Source: Gaiellaceae bacterium
GTDB taxonomy: Bacteria > Actinomycetota > Thermoleophilia > Gaiellales > Gaiellaceae
Direction: 5' to 3'
Assembly (NCBI GenBank): GCA_035639875.1
Contig: DASQXE010000125.1
Span: 1 to 62,860, forward strand
Length of the DNA stretch: 62,860 bases
Under the pieces are notes generated by a model. The model saw only the letters and a program-made list of their open reading frames with translations, searched no databases and was not told where the DNA came from. Within the stretch, counting starts at the first letter, position 1, and each line of letters starts with the position of its first letter. This document shows positions 49,115 to 57,666 of the stretch, in pieces. The translations under genes were made by a program, and so were the position numbers.

Positions 49115-49840
49115 CTAGAGACGGCCCAGGGACGCCCGTAGGCGCAGCGCAGGCACCTTGGCCACGGCCTCGAGGACGATGGCGCGGCTCATCTTGGAGC
49201 CGCCGACCTCGCGTTCCGAGAAGACGATCGGGACCTCGACGACGCGGAAGCCGGCTTGCAGCGCCCGGTACGTGGTCTCGATCTGGAAGGCGTAGCCCTT
49301 CGAAGAGATGCGCTCGAGGCCGATTGTCTCGAGGACGGTGCGTCGATAGCACTTGAAGCCGCCGGTGAGGTCCTCGATGGAGACCCCGAGGAGCACGCGC
49401 GAGTAGAACGAGCCGAACCGGCTCACGAACCGGCGGCCGAGACCCCAGTTGCGCGTCCCGCCGCCCTCCACATAGCGAGAGCCGAGTACAAGATCGGCGT
49501 CCTCGGTCGCCGCGACAAGACGTGGAAGGTCCTCCGGGTCGTGGGAGAAGTCGCAGTCCATCTCCACGATCCGCTCGGCGTCCGTTCCAAGCGCCCAAAG
49601 GAAGCCGGCGACGTAGGCGGGGCCAAGCCCCTCCTTGTGAGGACGGTGGAGCACGGCCAAGAACGGAAACCGGCCCGCGAGCCGGTCGGCCAGCTCGCCG
49701 GTCCCGTCCGGGGACGAGTCGTCGATGACCAGGACGCGTGCGTCGAGCTCGTGGCGCCGGAGGACCTCGTCGAGCGCCCTGACCATCGGCTCGAGGTTCC
49801 CGCGCTCGTTGTAGGTCGGTAGGCAGACCACGATCCGCAC
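49115..49840 (-). CDS. GT2 polyprenol-monophosphomannose / dolichyl-phosphate mannose synthase-like glycosyltransferase
   Basis: GTG 49840 (RIVVCLPTYNERGNL). Motifs: VIDDSSPDGT and HRPHKEGLGPAY. The Arg-rich upstream part of the track ORF is rejected. Confidence 0.85.
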   Translation of the reverse strand: MRIVVCLPTYNERGNLEPMVRALDEVLRRHELDARVLVIDDSSPDGTGELADRLAGRFPFLAVLHRPHKEGLGPAYVAGFLWALGTDAERIVEMDCDFSHDPEDLPRLVAATEDADLVLGSRYVEGGGTRNWGLGRRFVSRFGSFYSRVLLGVSIEDLTGGFKCYRRTVLETIGLERISSKGYAFQIETTYRALQAGFRVVEVPIVFSEREVGGSKMSRAIVLEAVAKVPALRLRASLGRL

Positions 49841-49845
49841 GCGCG

Positions 49846-49851
49846 TATCAT
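49846..49851 (+). promoter_or_regulatory. -10 box positioned for leaderless polX transcription
   Basis: TATCAT followed by exactly 6 nt (cgccgc), then the GTG start at 49858. The whole divergent spacer is 17 nt. Confidence 0.45.
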
Positions 49852-49857
49852 CGCCGC

Positions 49858-51576
49858 GTGGCCCGCCCCCTGCCCTCGAACGCCGAGCTCGCCGACCAGT
49901 TCGAGCTCCTCGCCGACATGCTCGAGCTCGACGGCGCCGATGCATTCCGGCTCACTGCCTACCGCCGCGCCGCGACCCGCATCCGGGAGTCTGCGGTCCC
50001 CGTGGCCCAGCTCGCGCTCGACCACAAGGCGACGCGCCTGTCGGGCATCGGCACCACGATCGAGAACAAGATCGTCGAGTTCACGCAAACGGGAGACCTG
50101 AGCGCGCTCGCCAAGCTGCGCGCGAAGCTTCCGGGCGGGCTCGTCGAGGTCATGCACGTTCCCGGACTCGGTCCGAAGACCGCGCGGAAGCTGCATGCGG
50201 AGCTCGGCATCCAATCGGCCGCCGAGCTGCGGGCGGCCGCCGAGCAAGGCGTGCTGGCCACCCTGCCGGGGCTCGGGAAGCGCACCGAGGAGAAGATCCT
50301 CAAGGAGCTGGGCAAGCCGAAGGCGAAGATTGAGCGCAAGACGCTGCTTGGGCGAGTCCTGCCGGCGGTCGAGCGCGCCGTCGAGGAGGTGCGCCAGCAC
50401 CCGGCGGCCGAGCGCGTCTCCGAAGCGGGGAGCGTGCGCCGTCGCTGCGAGACGGTGCGAGACCTCGACATCATCGCGACGGCCAGCGATCCCGGTGCGC
50501 TCACGACCCACTTCACCGAGCTCCCATGGGTGGCCGAGATCGTCGCCTACGGCCCGACCAAGGCCACCGTCGTCTCCCACGACGCGCTGCGCTTCGACCT
50601 GCGGGTCGTTCCGCCCGAAAACTACGGCAACCTCCTCCAGCACTTCACCGGCTCCAAGGCGCACAACGTCGCCATGCGGGAGGAGGCGGTCGGCCGGAAG
50701 CTGTCCATCTCCGAGTACGGCGTCAAGAACGTAGAGACGGGCAACGTCTTCCACGCCGCGGACGAGGAGGAGCTGTACGACTTCCTCGGCTACGCGTGGA
50801 TCCCGCCCGAGTTACGGGAGAACCGCGGCGAGCTTGCGGCCGCCCGCGACGGGGAGCTTCCGCACCTCGTCGAGCTCGAGGACGTCCTTGGGGATCTCCA
50901 CGTCCACACTGATTGGTCGGACGGACGCGCGCCGCTCGAGGAGATGGTGGCAGCCGCCCGCGCTCTCGGACGCCGATACGTGGCGATCTGCGACCATGCG
51001 CGCCGACTGCGCGAGGGACGCCTCGAGCGCCAGGGCGAGGACATCGCGGCGCTGAACGAGCGCGTCGAGGGGATCGAGATCCTTTCCGGGATCGAGGTCG
51101 ACATTCGTGCGGACGGGAGCCTCGACATGCCTGACGAGGTGCTGGCCGAGCGGGCCTGGGTGGTTGCGTCGATCCATTCCGGCTTCGACAGGACGCGCGC
51201 CGAGCTGACCAAGCGCATCGTCGCCGCGATGGAGCACCCGCACGTCGACTGCATCGGCCACCCAACGGGCCGCAAGATCAATCGGCGGGATGCCTACGAC
51301 GTGGATTTCGAGGCGCTGCTCGAGAAGGCCGTCGAGACAGGGACGTTCCTCGAGATCAACTCTCAGCCCGACCGCCTCGACCTGATCGACGTCAACGCGC
51401 GCGCGGCCGCGGAGGCCGGAGTCGGCATCGTTATCTCCACTGATGCCCACCGGCTCGACGAGCTGGCCAACCTCCAGCTCGGGGTCGCGCAGGCCCGCCG
51501 CGGCTGGTTGACACGCGACCAGATCGTCAACGCGCGCCCGTGGCGCGAGGTCAAGAAATGGATGAAGAAGCGGTGA
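49858..51576 (+). CDS. DNA polymerase X family protein with C-terminal PHP domain
   Basis: N-terminal HhH (FELLADMLELDGADAFRLTAYRRAA), PolX core and PHP domain (GDLHVHTDWSDG). Confidence 0.9.
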   Translation: MARPLPSNAELADQFELLADMLELDGADAFRLTAYRRAATRIRESAVPVAQLALDHKATRLSGIGTTIENKIVEFTQTGDLSALAKLRAKLPGGLVEVMHVPGLGPKTARKLHAELGIQSAAELRAAAEQGVLATLPGLGKRTEEKILKELGKPKAKIERKTLLGRVLPAVERAVEEVRQHPAAERVSEAGSVRRRCETVRDLDIIATASDPGALTTHFTELPWVAEIVAYGPTKATVVSHDALRFDLRVVPPENYGNLLQHFTGSKAHNVAMREEAVGRKLSISEYGVKNVETGNVFHAADEEELYDFLGYAWIPPELRENRGELAAARDGELPHLVELEDVLGDLHVHTDWSDGRAPLEEMVAAARALGRRYVAICDHARRLREGRLERQGEDIAALNERVEGIEILSGIEVDIRADGSLDMPDEVLAERAWVVASIHSGFDRTRAELTKRIVAAMEHPHVDCIGHPTGRKINRRDAYDVDFEALLEKAVETGTFLEINSQPDRLDLIDVNARAAAEAGVGIVISTDAHRLDELANLQLGVAQARRGWLTRDQIVNARPWREVKKWMKKR

Positions 51577-52880
51577 GCGACTTCCGCCGCGACGGAGCCG
51601 CCGCGGTCGAGTGGGTTGCCGATTACCTGGAGGGCGTGCGCGAGCTGCGCGTCTTCTCACGCTCGCGGCCGGGGGAGATCCGGGCGGCGCTGCCCGCCTC
51701 ACCGCCCGAGACGGGTGAGCCGTTCGAGGACGTGCTCCGCGACCTCGACTCCGTCCTCCTCCCGGGCATCACCCACTGGAACCACCCCCGCTTCTTTGGC
51801 TATTTCGCCATCTCGGGGTCGGAGCCCGGCATCCTCGCGGAGCTCCTCGTCGCCGGCCTCAACGTGAACGCGATGCTCTGGCGAACGTCACCCGCGGCGA
51901 CCGAGCTCGAGGAGCTGGCGCTCGACTGGTTGCGCCAGCTGCTCGGTCTACCGGAAGGTCTTCACGGGCACATCGAGGACACCGCCTCGACGGCCACGAT
52001 CGCCGCGCTCGCCGCCGCGCGCGAGCTTCGACCGGGGGGATCCGTGCTCACATCCGCCGAAGCGAACTTCGTCGTCGAGCGGGCCGCGCGGCTCCTCGGG
52101 CTCGAATGCCGCCGAATTCCCGTAGACGGGGAGTTTCGCCTGCGGCCAGATGTTCTCGCGGCCGAGATCGACGGTGCGACCGCGGTCGTCGCCACCGCCG
52201 GGACGACATCCACCACCTCCGTCGACCCCGTCCCGGAGATCAGTGAGCTCTGCGAGCGGACGGGCGTGTGGCTGCACGTCGACGCCGCGTACGGGGGCGC
52301 TGCGGCAGTGTGCGAGGAGTTTCGCTGGGTGCTCGAGGGATGCGAGCGTGCGGACTCCGTCGTCGTGAACCCGCACAAATGGCTGTTCACGCCGATCGAC
52401 TGCTCGTGCCTGTGGACGCGCCGCCCGGAGGCGTTCGTGCGCGCCTTCGGCATGGAGGCGGCGTACATGCCGGAGCGCTCGGCGGTCACGGACCTGAAGG
52501 ACTACGGACCGGCACTCGGTCGCCGCTTTCGCGCGCTCAAGCTCTGGGCCGTGCTCCGGTGCTTCGGCCGGCAAGGGTTACAGCAACTGATCCGCGAGCA
52601 CGTTCGCCTGGCGCAGCTCTTCGCGTCATGGGTGGAGCAAGAGCCGGGCTGGGAGATCGCCGCGCCGCACCCGCTCTCCACGGTCTGCTTTCGCCGCACG
52701 GGGAGCGACGGTGAGAACGAGGCGGTTCTGCAGCGGGTCAACGCGTCCGGCGAGGCGTTCCTTACCCACACGTATCTCGACGGGCGCTTCGTGCTCCACC
52801 TCGCCGTCGGCAACTTGCGTACGACGGAGGATGACGTGCGCCGCGCGTGGGAGCTCCTCCGCGAAGCGGCGGCAGCCTAG
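51558..52880 (+). CDS. Group II PLP-dependent (aromatic-L-amino-acid/glutamate type) decarboxylase
   Basis: ATG 51558 (MDEEAVSDFRRDG). Motifs: ITHWNHPRFFGYF and the PLP-lysine motif NPHKW. Confidence 0.88.
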   Translation: MDEEAVSDFRRDGAAAVEWVADYLEGVRELRVFSRSRPGEIRAALPASPPETGEPFEDVLRDLDSVLLPGITHWNHPRFFGYFAISGSEPGILAELLVAGLNVNAMLWRTSPAATELEELALDWLRQLLGLPEGLHGHIEDTASTATIAALAAARELRPGGSVLTSAEANFVVERAARLLGLECRRIPVDGEFRLRPDVLAAEIDGATAVVATAGTTSTTSVDPVPEISELCERTGVWLHVDAAYGGAAAVCEEFRWVLEGCERADSVVVNPHKWLFTPIDCSCLWTRRPEAFVRAFGMEAAYMPERSAVTDLKDYGPALGRRFRALKLWAVLRCFGRQGLQQLIREHVRLAQLFASWVEQEPGWEIAAPHPLSTVCFRRTGSDGENEAVLQRVNASGEAFLTHTYLDGRFVLHLAVGNLRTTEDDVRRAWELLREAAAA

Positions 52881-52881
52881 G

Positions 52882-53766
52882 CTAGATCGAACCCGTGAAG
52901 GTGTCGCAGGCCGGCGGCCTGCCCGTCTCGTAACCGCGCGAAAACCAGCGGCGCCGCTGCTCCGAGGAGCCATGCGTCCACGTCTCCGGGTTCACCTGAC
53001 CCTGCGCCTTCTCCTGGATCCGGTCGTCGCCGATTGCGGCCGCAGCGTCGAGCCCGCTCGAGATGTCTTGCTGCGTGAGCTCGACGATCAAACCGGTCTC
53101 GACCGCGTGGGCCGCCCAGACGCCCGCGTAGCAGTCCGCCTGGAGCTCGGAGCGAACGGCCTTGCTCTCCGGCCCCTGCGTATCGCCGTCGATTTGGGCA
53201 AGCACGCCGAGCTGATCCTGCACGTGGTGGCCGTACTCGTGCGCGAGCACGTACGACTCCACGAACGGAGTGTCCTGCGCGCCGAACTGCGACAGCTCGT
53301 CGAAGAAGCCGAGATCGATGTAAACGAGCTGGTCGCGCGGGCAATAGAACGGCCCCACCTGCGAACTCGCGACTCCGCAACCCGTCTGCACCTGATCCGT
53401 GAAGAAGACCGTATTGACGTTCTGGTACTGCCGGCCGCTACGCTGGAACACGCCGTCCCAGAACTTCTGCACGCTGTTGATGACGGCGACAATTCGGCAG
53501 TCCTCGCGCCGGTTCGCGTCCGCTCCCGTCTTGCACTCGGAGTCGATCGCCGACGGCGTATCGCCTCGGCCGACCTGCTCGTCTTCGAGCGGGCCGAGCT
53601 GTCCGAGGCCGCCCCCGCCCGAGAGAACGGAGATGAGGATGTAGATGAGCAGGACTCCCAGACCGAGCCCGCCACCGCCCACGGCGATCCCGCCGGGACC
53701 CATGCGGCGGCCGCGCACATCTGTGACCTGACCGGGATCGAGCCTCGCTCCGCGCCGAAAACGCAC
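52882..53766 (-). CDS. Neutral zinc metallopeptidase (YpfJ family)
   Basis: N-terminal RGRRMG plus a TM segment, and HEYGHHVQ. Confidence 0.85.
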   Translation of the reverse strand: MRFRRGARLDPGQVTDVRGRRMGPGGIAVGGGGLGLGVLLIYILISVLSGGGGLGQLGPLEDEQVGRGDTPSAIDSECKTGADANRREDCRIVAVINSVQKFWDGVFQRSGRQYQNVNTVFFTDQVQTGCGVASSQVGPFYCPRDQLVYIDLGFFDELSQFGAQDTPFVESYVLAHEYGHHVQDQLGVLAQIDGDTQGPESKAVRSELQADCYAGVWAAHAVETGLIVELTQQDISSGLDAAAAIGDDRIQEKAQGQVNPETWTHGSSEQRRRWFSRGYETGRPPACDTFTGSI

Positions 53767-53782
53767 CTAGGCCGCGTACCCG

Positions 53783-54499
53783 CTACAGGCGAGCCAAAAG
53801 CTTCGCGAACTCGGTGGGCCCGTCCGCGACGAGATCCGCCTGCGCAAGCAGGTTTACCGGGGCCTCGTCGGAAGAGATCGCGACGCGGACGGCGTACTCG
53901 AGCCCGGCCGAAGCGAGGCCCGCGAACGCGTCGAGGTCGGTCGAGTCGTCGCCCGCGTACAGACCGCGCCTCGCACCTGATTCCTCCAGCAGAGCGACCA
54001 CGGCTGTCCCCTTGTCGGCGTCTACCGCCGGCCTGATCTCGAGGACCTTGCGTCCCCAGCGCGCGTCCAGACCCGCGTTCGCGGCGGCACCCGCGACCGC
54101 TTCGAGCTCGCGCCGCGCCTCGGCCTCATTCGGGGCGCTCCGGAAGTGGTACGCGAGCGTGAGCCCTTTGTCCTCGACCGGCCGGTCGACCGAAGCTCGA
54201 AATGCCGCCACGCGCTCCGACAGTTCCTTCGCGTCGCCCAGAAGCTCGAGCCCATGGTTCCCGACGTAGCGCACGCCGTCCACCCCGACGAGGCGCGCGG
54301 CGTCCACCCCCGGTCGGCCGCTCACGCATGCGACCAGCCGATAACGGTCGACCAAGCGCTCGAGCTCGATCCGGGTGCGCGTGGGCACCTCGGCCAGCTC
54401 CGGCCGGGCAACGATGGGGGCAAGCGTTCCGTCGACGTCGAGGACGAGTGCGCTTTGCTCGGGCGCCTCCCGGAGCGGCGCGAGCAGATCGGCCGTCAT
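53783..54499 (-). CDS. otsB: Trehalose-6-phosphate phosphatase (HAD family)
   Basis: ATG 54499 (MTADLLAPL). Motifs: LVLDVDGTLAP and YAGDDSTD. Confidence 0.8.
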   Translation of the reverse strand: MTADLLAPLREAPEQSALVLDVDGTLAPIVARPELAEVPTRTRIELERLVDRYRLVACVSGRPGVDAARLVGVDGVRYVGNHGLELLGDAKELSERVAAFRASVDRPVEDKGLTLAYHFRSAPNEAEARRELEAVAGAAANAGLDARWGRKVLEIRPAVDADKGTAVVALLEESGARRGLYAGDDSTDLDAFAGLASAGLEYAVRVAISSDEAPVNLLAQADLVADGPTEFAKLLARL

Positions 54500-54517
54500 C
54501 GCAAGCAGAATACGGCT

Positions 54518-54886
54518 GTGCCGCACGCGAGTCGCTCCGCCTCGGTCCTCGCGGGGATCGGCGTCGCGGCGGGTTTCTTCAGCGCGCTTTTCGGCGTCGG
54601 CGGCGGCATCGTGATCGTGCCGTTGCTCGTCTTGCTGGCGGGCTTTGCGCCCGGGCAGGCAACAGCGACCTCGCTCGCCGCGATTTGCATCACAGCGCTG
54701 TTTGGCATGGTGTCGTTCGGCGTCCTCGGGGAGGTCAGTTGGACGGACGCGGTCATCGTCGGATTGCCTGCCGTGGCGGGCACGATCGCCGGTACGCGTC
54801 TGCAGCAACGCGTGTCTTCGCGCTCTCTCGTCGGACTGCTCAGCCTCCTGCTCGTCGGGATCGCAGTCAGGCTGCTTCTGGGATGA
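54518..54886 (+). CDS. TauE/SafE-family anion exporter, half-size subunit 1
   Basis: GTG 54518, 122 aa. Motif FSALFGVGGGIVIVPLL. About 4 TM helices. Confidence 0.7.
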   Translation: MPHASRSASVLAGIGVAAGFFSALFGVGGGIVIVPLLVLLAGFAPGQATATSLAAICITALFGMVSFGVLGEVSWTDAVIVGLPAVAGTIAGTRLQQRVSSRSLVGLLSLLLVGIAVRLLLG

Positions 54887-55245
54887 CGATTCTGTTCGCC
54901 GTCCTGCTCGGTTTCGCGGCCGGCGCGCTCTCGGGGATGTTCGGCGTGGGCGGCGGCATCCTCTTCGTGCCCACGCTCTCACTCGTCGTCGGACTCTCGC
55001 ATCTCGAGGCTCAGGCGACGTCGCTCGCGGCGATCATCCCGGTCGCCGCCGTCGGCGCCTGGCAGCACCACCGCTACGGGAACGTGCGCTGGCGTCCGGC
55101 CATAGGCATCGGGCTCGCCTCGGCGGTAGGTGTGGCGGGGGGCGTTGTCCTTGCGGACGCGCTCTCCGATGTGACTCTACGCCGTTTGTTCGCGGGCCTC
55201 TTGATCGTCGTGGCGGTGCGGCTCGCGTGGTCGATCCGCGAATAA
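54883..55245 (+). CDS. TauE/SafE-family anion exporter, half-size subunit 2
   Basis: ATG 54883, with an ATGA overlap. 120 aa. Motif LSGMFGVGGGILFVPTL. Confidence 0.7.
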   Translation: MTILFAVLLGFAAGALSGMFGVGGGILFVPTLSLVVGLSHLEAQATSLAAIIPVAAVGAWQHHRYGNVRWRPAIGIGLASAVGVAGGVVLADALSDVTLRRLFAGLLIVVAVRLAWSIRE

Positions 55246-55256
55246 AATCGCGCTCG

Positions 55257-55637
55257 ATGGCCGACGACGAAATCTGGCTCCCACTTGTCGACGAGCCGAT
55301 CGGCGACCTCGTCACGAGGCTCCAAGCCGAGGACGAGGAGCTCTCCGCCCTCCGCTCGTCGCCGCGGCGCCAGCTCGCGTTTCGGACGTTCGCCTATATC
55401 CGCGTCGGCGTGCTCCTCGGCAGGCTGCTCGTCGATCACGACGTCGACCGCGACGACTCGCGAACCTGGGTCGACCAGCTGCTCGCCGACCCCAAGCACT
55501 ACGCGGCGGTCGCCGAAGAGGTGAGGGCCGTCGCGCGGGAGGTCGCGGCCGACCCCAAGCTCGCGGAGGAAGAGCCGGTCGGGCCGGACGACGCCGCGCG
55601 CGAGCGTTTCCGCAGGTTCGCGCGCGAGTTGGACTAG
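55257..55637 (+). CDS. Hypothetical protein (126 aa, acidic)
   Basis: ATG 55257, 11 nt after the TauE pair. Coding-like third-position GC. No family recognised. Confidence 0.5.
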   Translation: MADDEIWLPLVDEPIGDLVTRLQAEDEELSALRSSPRRQLAFRTFAYIRVGVLLGRLLVDHDVDRDDSRTWVDQLLADPKHYAAVAEEVRAVAREVAADPKLAEEEPVGPDDAARERFRRFARELD

Positions 55638-55694
55638 ACGGGCGGGGCACATCCGGCTCCATGATTACTCGGGCTGTCCGATAGCAAAGTAACC

Positions 55695-57134
55695 GTGCGC
55701 AGCGCTAACCTCTCAGCCGTGCGACCGCGGGTCTGCCTGGGGGTCTTGGTGGCGTGCGCGACCCTCTTGGTTGGAGGCTCTGCGGGAGCCGCGTCGACCT
55801 CCGCGGCCTCCTCGGCCAGCGCTTTCGGCGTTCGTATCGTGCTCCCCGGCAAGTCGCCGGTGACGGCTGCTGCGATCTCGTCGCCGCCTCAGGCGGCTGC
55901 CTCGCTCGTCGGCTATTCCTATGGCAGCGGCGCCGTCTCGACCGGCGCTGTTTCGGGGGCGACGCGCGCAGTGGTCGACGGGGGTCGCGCCACGGGCGAG
56001 GCTTCGACATCGGTCGCGTCCGTCTCGCTCTTCGGCGGCGAGATCACGGCCGGGTCGGTGGATCTCCAGGCCCGCTCGCACGCCGGACCGCAGGCCGCGG
56101 GCGGCAGTCTCTCGGGGTCGACACTCAGCGATGTCGTCGTGCTGGGATCGTCCGTCACGCCGAGCATGAACATGCGCGTGCCGCTTGGCGACTGGGGCTA
56201 CGCGGTTCTGCTCGAGCAGGCGGTCGTGCGACAGAACACGACCTCGCGCCGAGGGCACCGCGGGTTTGTGACGGGAATCCACGTGCATCTGGCAGCCGAT
56301 CACGGTGGCTTGCCTGCCGGAACCGAGATCTACGTCGGCTACGCGGAGGCCGCCGCGACAGCGCCCAAACCCGCGACGGCGCCCGCGCCGCCTCCTCCTC
56401 CCCCTCCGCCTCCGCAGCACGAGCCGGCGCCGCCGCCGATGCAGCCGCAGCCGCCTCCCACCGTCCACCCGGTTCCCCTCGACGTTCACCCTCAGTTGAC
56501 CGCAAAGGGATACGTCTTCCCCGTCTACGGCCTTTCTTCCTTCAGCAACGACTTCGGCGTTCCACGGGCCGACACCGTCTGGCACCACGGAAACGACATC
56601 TTCGCGCCGCTTGGCGCGCCCGTCCTGGCGGTCTCCGACGGGAGCCTGTTCCTCGTCGGCTGGAACACGCTCGGCGGAAACCGCCTCTGGCTACGGGACC
56701 TGCAGGGAAACGAGTTCTACTACGCGCACCTCTCGGCCTTCTCGCCGCTCGCCCGTGACGGCGCGCACGTGCACGCGGGGGACGTGATCGGCTTCGTCGG
56801 CAACACGGGCGATGCGGAAGGGACGCCTACGCATCTCCACTTCGAGATTCATCCCGTCGAGCTCCTTTCGATGGGGTACGACGGCGTCATCAACCCGTAT
56901 CCCTATCTGCTCGCGTGGCGCAGGCTGCTCGACCTCGGGTTCGGATCCGGAGGCTGGACGCCGCCGAGCGGCAAGGCGCCGCCGCCGCCCGCGGTGCTCC
57001 TCCAGGCAGAAGACATCTCGACGATGAGCGGGCTCGAGCCCGAAGCGTTCACGACCCTGCTCGACGTCGGTGAGCTGTTTGGCGAGGGCCCGCCGGGCCC
57101 GAAGATCGTCGAAGCGAAACCTGGCTTCGGCTAG
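55695..57134 (+). CDS. Secreted M23 (LytM) family metallopeptidase with Pro-rich linker
   Basis: Signal peptide, poly-Pro linker, and M23 motifs HHGNDIFAP and GNTGDAEGTPTHLHFEIHP. Confidence 0.88.
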   Translation: MRSANLSAVRPRVCLGVLVACATLLVGGSAGAASTSAASSASAFGVRIVLPGKSPVTAAAISSPPQAAASLVGYSYGSGAVSTGAVSGATRAVVDGGRATGEASTSVASVSLFGGEITAGSVDLQARSHAGPQAAGGSLSGSTLSDVVVLGSSVTPSMNMRVPLGDWGYAVLLEQAVVRQNTTSRRGHRGFVTGIHVHLAADHGGLPAGTEIYVGYAEAAATAPKPATAPAPPPPPPPPPQHEPAPPPMQPQPPPTVHPVPLDVHPQLTAKGYVFPVYGLSSFSNDFGVPRADTVWHHGNDIFAPLGAPVLAVSDGSLFLVGWNTLGGNRLWLRDLQGNEFYYAHLSAFSPLARDGAHVHAGDVIGFVGNTGDAEGTPTHLHFEIHPVELLSMGYDGVINPYPYLLAWRRLLDLGFGSGGWTPPSGKAPPPPAVLLQAEDISTMSGLEPEAFTTLLDVGELFGEGPPGPKIVEAKPGFG

Positions 57135-57140
57135 TCACTC

Positions 57141-57174
57141 GGCCGAAATCTTCGGCTGCGCCGCGATTTCGGCC
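57141..57174. terminator. Bidirectional terminator-like hairpin between convergent genes
   Basis: GGCCGAAATC - 14 nt - GATTTCGGCC, a perfect 10-bp inverted repeat. Confidence 0.5.
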
Positions 57175-57208
57175 CACGGAAGACCTCGTGGCCTACCGAC
57201 TTTGGGGG

Positions 57209-57628
57209 CTACTGTTCGTTGCTCTGGTTGTAGGACTCAAAGGGTTGTTCGGGGCCGAACAGCTTGTCCTTGAGCCAGCGGCGCGTCTCGGGACCCGTGG
57301 CAGGGTTGAAGAGAACGCCGATCGCGATGCCTGCCAAGAGCAGGGTCGCGTTCCGGCTTGCGTGTGACTCCTTGCCCTGAACGCGTTTGCCCGCCGCGCG
57401 CAGCTCCTCGATCGCCTTCCGGAGCTCCTTTTGCAGATCCTTGTCGCGCGCTACTCGGAACGCCATCCCCGTCGTGCCGCGGTCGCCGAGCAGCTCGTCG
57501 TAGATCCGGCGCGCCGACTCGTACGCACGCTTCACGTTGTCATGGAGATCCTCGTCACGGGCGAGCCGCTCGACGTAGGGGCGCGCAGACTCGACCGCGT
57601 CCGTGACCTTGTCCTTTGCCTTCGTCAT
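57209..57628 (-). CDS. YtxH-like membrane-anchored coiled-coil protein (hypothetical)
   Basis: 139 aa. Charged helical N-terminal region followed by one TM segment (LLLAGIAIGVLF). Confidence 0.55.
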   Translation of the reverse strand: MTKAKDKVTDAVESARPYVERLARDEDLHDNVKRAYESARRIYDELLGDRGTTGMAFRVARDKDLQKELRKAIEELRAAGKRVQGKESHASRNATLLLAGIAIGVLFNPATGPETRRWLKDKLFGPEQPFESYNQSNEQ

Positions 57629-57666
57629 TCGTCTCGTCCTTTCCGATCGCGTTCGCGGCAGAGTAT

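Noticed and set aside
55638-55694. Possible ydaO/c-di-AMP-type riboswitch upstream of the cell-wall hydrolases (M23 at 55695, amidase at 28279).
   Set aside because: The spacers are only 57 nt and 92 nt, too short for that RNA, and I saw no recognisable conserved helices.
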